Below are positions 17,131-23,605 of a stretch of DNA of 23,605 nucleotides, one piece after another. The position numbers were made by a program, and so were the translations under genes. Each line of letters opens with the position of its first letter. Position 1 is the first letter of the stretch. The notes under the pieces are model-generated. The model made no database searches. It was not told the DNA's origin and saw nothing but the letters and a program-made list of their open reading frames with translations. The DNA comes from an uncultured Eubacteriales bacterium (GTDB taxonomy: Bacteria; Acidobacteriota; Aminicenantia; Aminicenantales; Aminicenantaceae). The DNA lies in contig CAZJXZ010000013.1 of the NCBI GenBank assembly GCA_964549955.1, forward strand, positions 1 to 23,605, given 5' to 3'.

Positions 17131-17759
17131 TTTCCTACTTCTTTTAGAATTCTGACCTGGCCTTCGCAGAGCTCCATGAATTTCTTTGCGTCCCTTTCAT
17201 CGCCGATAACGCCGGCACCGTAATGCATCGGCACCGAGACCCCGGCTTTGATGATATTTGCCGCCTTGGCCGCTTCCTCAGCGCTCATCGTGTATTTCCC
17301 ACCCACTGGCAGCAGGGCAATGTCGATCTTTCCCAGGCTCTTCAGTTCAGGAATCAAATCTGTATCGCCGGAATGGTAAACGGAAACCCCCTCGATAGTA
17401 ACAATGTAGCCCAGCCATTTGCTATGGCGTGGGTGGAAGGCCTTGGAAGGATTATAGGCAGGGACGGCTTTGATTTTCACTCCTTGGACCTCTAACTCCT
17501 GGCCTGGGCTCATGGCTTTGACATCCCCGGAGAGCTTGGCCAGGCAGTCTTCAGAACAAACGATGGTTGTCCCTTCTTTTTTGAGTCGGTTGATGTCGCC
17601 TGTAGAGAGATGGTCGTAATGAGAGTGAGTGACGAGGATAAGGTCTGCCTTTGGAGCCGATGCCGGAATGTTCCAGGGGTCGATGTAGATGATTTTGCTG
17701 GATTCAACGGCAAAGGAGGCGTGACCATACCATTTTAAGGCCTTGAGTATTTTTTCCAA
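17127..17759 (-). CDS. MBL-fold metal-dependent hydrolase
   Basis: 210 aa. Metallo-beta-lactamase motif LILVTHSHYDHL plus downstream His/Asp ligands (HSGDTD, MHYG). Its stop overlaps the rph start by 4 nt. Confidence 0.7.
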   Translation of the reverse strand: MEKILKALKWYGHASFAVESSKIIYIDPWNIPASAPKADLILVTHSHYDHLSTGDINRLKKEGTTIVCSEDCLAKLSGDVKAMSPGQELEVQGVKIKAVPAYNPSKAFHPRHSKWLGYIVTIEGVSVYHSGDTDLIPELKSLGKIDIALLPVGGKYTMSAEEAAKAANIIKAGVSVPMHYGAGVIGDERDAKKFMELCEGQVRILKEVGK

Positions 17760-17795
17760 TTTATCCTTCCCTCCTCTTAGATTTATCCCTTGGCT

Positions 17796-18707
17796 TCAAT
17801 TGTTTCTTTCTCCCTTTGGCCTGGTTCTCCATCTCTGGTGAAACCAGAGCCAATAGTCGGGATTCTGGCGTATTTGAGATTCTATGATATTAGTGCATGT
17901 TTGCGTGATTTTCAATACCTCTGCTTCGTAGTCGGCCCCAGGAGCAAAGCGCAGAGGGCTGTGGATCACTATCTTGTATGAAGAAGAGGGCGTCGGGAAG
18001 CAGAAGGCAGGCAGGAGAGGTGAGCTTGTCCTTAAGAAAAAAGCGGCCAGGCTTGGAGTCGTTGCCGCTTTTTTTCCGAAGAAATCGACAAAGATAGCCT
18101 GCTGCCTGAGGACATTCTGGTCGATGAGGAAAGCGACAATCTCATTGGCCCGAAGAGCTTGAAGAATTTGTTTTGTCGGCCGCTGCTTGTAGATGACTCT
18201 CGCACCGAGAGCTGTTCTGAGCTCGAACAGCTCTCTCTCAAGAAGCTCATTATCCAGGGGGCGGGCAATCGCATTCAGTCTTCCCTTTTTCTTGAGGAAT
18301 TGAGGAGAGACTTCCCAGTTTCCGTAGTGAGCGGAGAAGAGCAGGATACCTTTTTTTTCCTGGAGCGCCTTTTCAAGGTTTTCTTCTCCCTCGACATGGA
18401 TGAGCGCATCCTTTTGCTTTTCTGTCAGAGCGGGAAATTTGACGCAATCCATGATGAATTGGCCGAAATGGGCGAAGGAGTTTCTGGCTATTCTTCTGAG
18501 CTTGGAATCTTCGAGTTCTTTGCCAAAGGCAATCTTCAGGTTGGAGAGAGCAATCAGCCGGTGCTTTTTATCGAGATGGTAGAAGATTAATCCCAGAGTC
18601 TTTCCGATGAAAAGGCATGTCTGACGAGGCAGGAACGGAATAAGAGCCTTGACTGTTTTGTAGATAAAATATTCTCCCCGCTCTTTTAGTCCTGCCATTT
18701 CAGACAA
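17796..18707 (-). CDS. lpxL: Lipid A biosynthesis (Kdo2-lipid IVA) acyltransferase, LpxL/HtrB family
   Basis: 303 aa. LpxL-family HxxxxE catalytic motif in SAHYGNWEV. N-terminal hydrophobic anchor region. It overlaps lpxK by 8 nt. Confidence 0.75.
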   Translation of the reverse strand: MSEMAGLKERGEYFIYKTVKALIPFLPRQTCLFIGKTLGLIFYHLDKKHRLIALSNLKIAFGKELEDSKLRRIARNSFAHFGQFIMDCVKFPALTEKQKDALIHVEGEENLEKALQEKKGILLFSAHYGNWEVSPQFLKKKGRLNAIARPLDNELLERELFELRTALGARVIYKQRPTKQILQALRANEIVAFLIDQNVLRQQAIFVDFFGKKAATTPSLAAFFLRTSSPLLPAFCFPTPSSSYKIVIHSPLRFAPGADYEAEVLKITQTCTNIIESQIRQNPDYWLWFHQRWRTRPKGERNN

Positions 18708-19695
18708 TTATACCCTTATTCTGGACGAGATGAGCAAGGCTCGAGTCGAATCCCTTTTCGATCCTAAGCTCAATCTTCAAATAATAAACAGGCAAGATAT
18801 TGATATCTTCATTAGCTTCGAGCTTGACTGCGTCTTTCTCAGTGGTGAGCAGCGCCTCAGCCCCCAGCTTTTGATATTTTTCCTTGATTTTTTTGACCGA
18901 GGAAGGCGGGTAGGTATGATGGTCGGGGAATTTAAAAATATATAAGGGCTCAATCCCCTCCTCTTTCAGGCTGGAGACGAATCTTTCAGGCCGAGCTATT
19001 CCGCAGAAAGCAATGACCTTCTTCTTGAAGTCTTCGATTTTCGCAGCTTCTTTTTTCCCTATCCTGAAGAGCCCTTGGCTCTGAACAAAATATTCAAAGA
19101 TGCTTGGCTCAGGAAAGCGCCTTTCAATCTCTTTTTTCTGGGGATGGGCATGCTTCTTTATAAAGAGAATATCGGCTCTCCTTAATGCTGAGAACGGCTC
19201 TCGAAGAGCAACTTTTTGAGCCGGGTCAAAAAGGACAATGTCGATATCCCGCTGAAGGCGGCGATGCTGAAAGCCGTCGTCGAGCACTGCCACCTCAAAA
19301 CCCGATTGCTTTGCTTTCTGGCAGGAGAGAAGGCGGTTTTTGCCGATGAAGATGCCAGCCTCTGGGCTGTTCCGGGCAACCATGAAAGGCTCATCGCCTG
19401 AATCTCGCCAGCCGCCGAGGATGCCTTTTCCGTAGGAAAGAACTCCGCCTTTCTTCTCCCAGTTTCCTTTATATCCCCGGGTAACCAGGGCAGGATTTAG
19501 ACCATGCTCGGCGAGAAATTCGATTAGATGGATGGTCATCGGAGTTTTTTCCGTCCCGCCAAAGCTGATGTTTCCGACACTTATGACCGGCAGAGGAGCT
19601 TTTTTTGGCTTGAATATTCTCAGACTATAAAGGCAATTTTTTATCTGGCATCCGCTCTGGTAAAGGAGGGAAAAGAGGAGAAGAGAGAGTTTCAT
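18700..19695 (-). CDS. lpxK: Tetraacyldisaccharide 4'-kinase
   Basis: 331 aa. N-terminal hydrophobic segment. LpxK P-loop VGNISFGGTEKTP (family consensus VGNxxxGGTGKTP). SD GAGAGG. Confidence 0.85.
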   Translation of the reverse strand: MKLSLLLFSLLYQSGCQIKNCLYSLRIFKPKKAPLPVISVGNISFGGTEKTPMTIHLIEFLAEHGLNPALVTRGYKGNWEKKGGVLSYGKGILGGWRDSGDEPFMVARNSPEAGIFIGKNRLLSCQKAKQSGFEVAVLDDGFQHRRLQRDIDIVLFDPAQKVALREPFSALRRADILFIKKHAHPQKKEIERRFPEPSIFEYFVQSQGLFRIGKKEAAKIEDFKKKVIAFCGIARPERFVSSLKEEGIEPLYIFKFPDHHTYPPSSVKKIKEKYQKLGAEALLTTEKDAVKLEANEDINILPVYYLKIELRIEKGFDSSLAHLVQNKGIIV

Positions 19696-20004
19696 CCTCT
19701 CGGCACTATACTATAACTCGATTTTCCCTTTCAAGCTCTCTATCTTTGACAAAAACTATGTTTCTCCGCTTCGGAGATTTTCTTGCTTATTGACTTTTGC
19801 TTCAGGCTTCGCTTGGCTCTATGAGCTGCATTTGGATGTGCCCTTGGTGTAAGTGCCGAGGACACAACAAAAATGATCAGTCCCAGCATTACCTCAGCTC
19901 TTGAATGGAGCACTGCCCAAATCCCTGTGGCGATGGTTGGCCATCCGCTGCCGGGCGGCCTGCAAAGCACGCCTGCCTTGGCCGGGTGTTGAGCGATCGG
20001 CTGA

Positions 20005-20577
20005 TTAGTCTGCGCCAGTTAAAGTAAGCCACTTGCCATTATAAAAATAAAGAACAACCGAACTCTTGCCCACAAAGATGTCATTTATTCCTTCGTGATC
20101 AATGGCTGGAGGTTTTGACCCGCCATATTCTTTGTAATGGTTTAAGATATACTCTCTGTTAGCAGGATTGATCAGTCGCCCAAATCCGATAATGCCAGGT
20201 GAAAGTACTTGCAAGAAGTTTCTGTCTTCATTTTGGGCTAATTGTATTACACCATCAGTTGAACTATTGGGAAATATTAATATAGTCGAATGAAAATTTT
20301 TAGAAACCAATATTGACCAATCGAATTGACCTGGTCTTATGAACTGGCCTTTGATCACATTATGCGGCTCTTTTAGACTTGCCGCTTGAGGAATCTCAAA
20401 TCCGTTCTGGATTAGATAGTTTTTAACAGAATCCGGAAGCTGTGGGAAAGAAGTAGCGGCCAATCGAAGGACTTTACGGTTTGCATTTTCCCAATCAGCT
20501 TGGTTAGGAGTTTGGGAAAATACAAAGACAGAAATAATGAAACTGCTGATTAAAACCATAATGCGCTTTTCCTTCAT
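20005..20577 (-). CDS. Secreted hypothetical protein (signal peptide, no recognisable domain)
   Basis: The start is placed at the ATG at 20577 (MKEKRIMVLISSFIISVFVFSQ is a Sec signal peptide) with SD GGAGAA 5 nt upstream. The ORF-track start (GTG at 20613) has no SD. The region is visibly lower in GC than its neighbours. Confidence 0.5.
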   Translation of the reverse strand: MKEKRIMVLISSFIISVFVFSQTPNQADWENANRKVLRLAATSFPQLPDSVKNYLIQNGFEIPQAASLKEPHNVIKGQFIRPGQFDWSILVSKNFHSTILIFPNSSTDGVIQLAQNEDRNFLQVLSPGIIGFGRLINPANREYILNHYKEYGGSKPPAIDHEGINDIFVGKSSVVLYFYNGKWLTLTGAD

Positions 20578-20779
20578 GCCAATTCTCCGATCACCCAAAA
20601 GCATCAAGCTCACCCACTCGCTGCGCCGCCGGGTTTAACGGCGGGTTGGGTAGCGGATTATCCGATTCAGCGCTGCTGGTCGATCACACCAATTGAACGA
20701 GCAACGCACCCGCCCCTTGTGCAGGGCTTGCCAGGTTCACTCGCAAGTTAGACGGCTTGTCGCCCACATCCTCGAACAC

Positions 20780-21016
20780 TTACTTACCCTTCTTTTTTCT
20801 GCTGGTCCTAGCCATGGTAAGGACTCTCCTCGCGCGCCTCAGGTCCTTAGAAGACAAAAGCAAGTGAACGCCTAGTCCAAATCCTAACACAGGGTATTCC
20901 GCTCCGCAGTCGTCAGAGACCACGAAAGACTCGATTCCGTTAGCTTCAAGCAAGCCCTTGAAAAGCTCAGCCTCTTGTCGATTGCTGAAGGTCTTGAAGA
21001 TCACTCTGTTTTGCAT
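20780..21016 (-). CDS. Small DUF2007-like protein (putative signal-transducing protein family)
   Basis: 78 aa. The pattern IFKTFSNRQEAELFKGLLEANGIESFVVSDD...GVHLLLSSKDLRRARRVL resembles the DUF2007 architecture. Lys-rich C-terminal tail. It overlaps the upstream ORF by 16 nt. Confidence 0.5.
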   Translation of the reverse strand: MQNRVIFKTFSNRQEAELFKGLLEANGIESFVVSDDCGAEYPVLGFGLGVHLLLSSKDLRRARRVLTMARTSRKKKGK

Positions 21017-21279
21017 TCGTCTCCTCCTCCGCTGACGACCCCGCCTGAACCTTCAAGCATATATGGGCTAACTGTCCCTGATGCCTCTATCGCGGCAGCC
21101 ATCTGCTTGCCTAACTCTTCGGTTGAGTCTGTAAATTTCTTTATAATATCCGAAATGATTACCATATCACTATTAAAGGTATCAATCAAACCAAGAATGT
21201 GATTTTTCTGACATTCCAGATTTCCTATGAATGATAAAGATAGAGCGGATGAAAACTTTGAGATTTGCTTTTTTGACAT
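21001..21279 (-). CDS. Hypothetical 92-aa protein with a Gly-rich C-terminus
   Basis: SD AAGGTGA 7 nt upstream of the ATG. It is translationally coupled to the DUF2007-like gene. No recognisable motif. C-terminus GSGGVVSGGGDECKTE. Confidence 0.4.
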   Translation of the reverse strand: MSKKQISKFSSALSLSFIGNLECQKNHILGLIDTFNSDMVIISDIIKKFTDSTEELGKQMAAAIEASGTVSPYMLEGSGGVVSGGGDECKTE

Positions 21280-21371
21280 AGTGTTTCACCTTGTGATAAT
21301 TTTAGCAACTCAAATCAGATGGGCATTTTGCTTAAAGACCTGCCTAAAAAAATAACCAAGGAGGGAAGAAT

Positions 21372-23605
21372 ATGAAAAAAGGCATTCTTTTGAAATTTTT
21401 ATCGGTCATCTTTATCGGGTTCTTGTTTGGCCTTTTCGTCAGCGCCCAGAAAGTCAAGAAGCAAGAGGAGCCGCTTATAACTCCGAGCATACTTGAGGGC
21501 CTCAAGTGGAGATGCATCGGTCCTGCCAACATGGGAGGCCGGATCGACGATTTTGCTGCGGTCGAGAGCAATCCGAAGATTATTTACGTTGCAACCGCAT
21601 CAGGAGGAGTCTGGAAGACGGTCAACAATGGAATAACTTGGGAGCCTATTTTTGATGAGCAAAGCACAAGCACTATCGGGGATGTTACAGTTTCGCCGTC
21701 CAATCCTGACATTGTCTGGGTCGGCAGCGGAGAGCCAAACAACCGTCAGAGCTCTTCCTGGGGAAATGGAGTCTATAAATCGACAGACGGCGGCAAGACA
21801 TGGAAGCATATGGGGCTTGCTGATAGCCATCATATTGGCCGGATTGCTATCCACCCCATCAATCCCGATATCGTTTATGTCGCGGCCCTGGGGCATCTCT
21901 GGGGCCCCAACAAAGAGAGGGGCCTTTTTAAAACCATGGATGGAGGAAAGACCTGGGTCAATAACAAGTTCATCGACGAGAACACCGGTTTTGTCGATGT
22001 GGCCATGGACCTTGAGAATCCAAATACGCTGTATGCCGCAGCCTACCAGAGGCGGCGCTCGAGCTATGGCTTTGTCGGAGGAGGGCCAGGGAGCGGCCTT
22101 TATAAGACGACAGATGGCGGGGAAACGTGGCAGCTGTTGACAAACGGCCTTCCTTCTGGCGATACGGGGCGAATCGGAATCGATATTTACCGCCGCAACC
22201 CAAGTATTGTCTACGCTATCATCGAAAACAGGAATGGAGGAGTCTTTCGCTCCGAGGATAAAGGCTTGACCTGGCAGAAGATGTCAGCCACCAATCCCCG
22301 GCCGATGTACTACAGCAAGATTCGAATCGACCCCAACAATGACCAGAGGATATGGGTGCTCGGAGCTGGCATGTATGTCTCTGAAGACGGCGGCAAGACT
22401 TTTAGCACCGACTTGGTGAGAAGGGTTCACGGCGACCATCATGCGATGTGGATCGACCCTTCTGATTCTAACCACATGATTATTGGCTCAGACGGAGGAA
22501 TCTATTTTTCCTATGACCGGGGCAAAACCTGGGAGTTTGTCAATTCCATCCCGCTCGGTCAATTTTATGAAGTGGGATACGATATGCGCAAGCCCTATTT
22601 TATTTATGGAGGCCTGCAGGACAACGGAAGCTGGGGAGGTCCGAGTGCAACCTGGTACGCTACAGGCATCACCAACGATGACTGGGTCAGGGTCGGGGGC
22701 GGAGACGGCTTCTATTCTCAGGTCGACCCAACGGACCATACCGTTATTTATGCTGAATCGCAGAACGGCGGTATCACCAGGTTTGACGCGAAGTCAGGAG
22801 AGAGCAAGTCGATAAGGCCCGAGCCTGAAGATACAAAAGAAACCTACAGGTTCAACTGGAACTCGCCCATCTTGATCTCTCCCCACGATTCAAAGATTAT
22901 CTATCTCGGCGGAAACAAGCTTTTCAAATCCAAGGACAGGGGAGATAACTGGGAAGTTTCAATCGACCTAACCACTCAGCAAGACAGGAATAAACTTCCC
23001 ATAATGGGGATAATTCCTGAGAGAGGCACTCTATCCCTCCATGACGGTGTCTCTTTCTACGGAACCATCACCACCATTTCTGAATCTTCTCTCAAACAAG
23101 GCCTTCTCTATGTGGGAACTGAGGACGGCAACCTCCAAGTTTCCCGCGACGGCGGAAAAACTTGGAAGAATGTGGTGGCACATGTTCCGGGAGTTCCCAA
23201 ATTTACCACTGTCACCAGGGTGGTGGCATCCCGCTTTGAGGAAGGGACAGCCTACGCGACTTTTGACGGCCATCAGAACGATGACTTTAAACCCTATGTC
23301 TTCATGACTAAAGATTATGGAGAGTCCTGGAAGAGCCTTTCAAGCAAACTGCCTGAAGGCGGCACAGTCAATGTCATCAGGGAGCACCTTCGCAATCCTA
23401 ATCTTCTCTTTGTCGGGACAGAGAGAGGAGCCTACTTCTCCATCGATAGAGGGGAAACGTGGATTAACTTTGAAAATGACTTCCCCATGGTTCCTGTGGA
23501 CGATATTGCCATCCATCCTCGGGAAAATGACTTGATTTTCGGAACTCACGGCCGCAGCATCTGGATTCTCGACGACATCACTCCCTTGGAACAGCTGACA
23601 AAAGA
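21372..23605 (+). CDS. Secreted BNR/Asp-box repeat beta-propeller protein (sortilin/Vps10-like, GH74-like glycosidase fold), 3'-partial
   Basis: The ORF is open to the window end (744 codons). Signal peptide MKKGILLKFLSVIFIGFLFGLFVSAQK. SD GGAGGG. At least 9 S/T-x-D-G-G-x-T-W Asp-box repeats (STDGGKTW, TMDGGKTW, TTDGGETW, SEDKGLTW, SEDGGKTF, SYDRGKTW, SKDRGDNW, SRDGGKTW, SIDRGETW). Confidence 0.75.
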   Translation, partial: MKKGILLKFLSVIFIGFLFGLFVSAQKVKKQEEPLITPSILEGLKWRCIGPANMGGRIDDFAAVESNPKIIYVATASGGVWKTVNNGITWEPIFDEQSTSTIGDVTVSPSNPDIVWVGSGEPNNRQSSSWGNGVYKSTDGGKTWKHMGLADSHHIGRIAIHPINPDIVYVAALGHLWGPNKERGLFKTMDGGKTWVNNKFIDENTGFVDVAMDLENPNTLYAAAYQRRRSSYGFVGGGPGSGLYKTTDGGETWQLLTNGLPSGDTGRIGIDIYRRNPSIVYAIIENRNGGVFRSEDKGLTWQKMSATNPRPMYYSKIRIDPNNDQRIWVLGAGMYVSEDGGKTFSTDLVRRVHGDHHAMWIDPSDSNHMIIGSDGGIYFSYDRGKTWEFVNSIPLGQFYEVGYDMRKPYFIYGGLQDNGSWGGPSATWYATGITNDDWVRVGGGDGFYSQVDPTDHTVIYAESQNGGITRFDAKSGESKSIRPEPEDTKETYRFNWNSPILISPHDSKIIYLGGNKLFKSKDRGDNWEVSIDLTTQQDRNKLPIMGIIPERGTLSLHDGVSFYGTITTISESSLKQGLLYVGTEDGNLQVSRDGGKTWKNVVAHVPGVPKFTTVTRVVASRFEEGTAYATFDGHQNDDFKPYVFMTKDYGESWKSLSSKLPEGGTVNVIREHLRNPNLLFVGTERGAYFSIDRGETWINFENDFPMVPVDDIAIHPRENDLIFGTHGRSIWILDDITPLEQLTK

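Noticed and set aside
19740-19970. 76-aa ORF on the minus strand in the lpxK upstream region
   Set aside because: No SD and no motif. The GC-rich block inflates ORF length. I also checked the region by eye for RNase P, SRP, tmRNA and TPP riboswitch signatures and found none. It is kept only as a low-interest finding.
21344-23549. Minus-strand ORFs opposite the BNR-repeat gene (21344..21571, 21600..21896, 21970..22203, 22284..22475, 22488..22739, 23031..23273, 23340..23549)
   Set aside because: The plus-strand frame is open across the whole region with repeated Asp-box motifs. The minus-strand ORFs are short and unsupported.
1-23605. CRISPR arrays, transposases, integrases or phage genes near the tRNAs
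   Set aside because: No spaced direct repeats and no recombinase-like ORFs are visible anywhere in the window. The only repeat structure is the pilin tandem duplication.

Overview
This window reads as a chromosomal region from a Gram-negative bacterium; GC content looks moderate by eye and no mobile-element genes are visible. It holds a complete type IVa pilus locus in the order pilB-pilT-pilC-pilS-pilR-pilA, the arrangement known from Myxococcus and Geobacter.

Plus strand, left to right:
- tRNA-Pro(UGG) and tRNA-Arg(UCU), close together.
- The assembly ATPase PilB, the retraction ATPase PilT and the platform protein PilC.
- A PilS-like membrane histidine kinase and a sigma54-dependent NtrC-family response regulator (PilR-like).
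- Three tandem type IVa pilin genes. The first two are a recent duplication of roughly 880 bp. Each copy carries its own upstream palindrome, an IHF-like site, a textbook sigma54 -24/-12 promoter and a rho-independent terminator.
- A PlsC-type acyltransferase and a GmhA-like SIS-domain isomerase.

Minus strand:
- An unusual 783-aa fusion of a class-I PLP aspartate aminotransferase with a C-terminal HPr-kinase-like P-loop domain.
- A flotillin (SPFH-domain) protein directly upstream of the fusion.
- UDP-glucuronate decarboxylase, RNase PH, an MBL-fold hydrolase, and the lipid A genes lpxL and lpxK.
- A lower-GC cassette: a secreted hypothetical protein behind a GC-rich structured leader, a small DUF2007-like protein and a 92-aa Gly-rich hypothetical.

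At the right edge, on the plus strand, a partial secreted BNR/sortilin-like beta-propeller protein runs off the window.

Main points for follow-up:
- The duplicated sigma54 pilin regulatory module.
- A TGACAA-N3-TTGTCA palindrome found upstream of pilB and of both pilins.
- An apparent ACG in place of the pilR start codon.
- The aminotransferase-HprK-like fusion with a degenerate P-loop and a Cys cluster.
- A putative structured RNA leader at 20614..20779.
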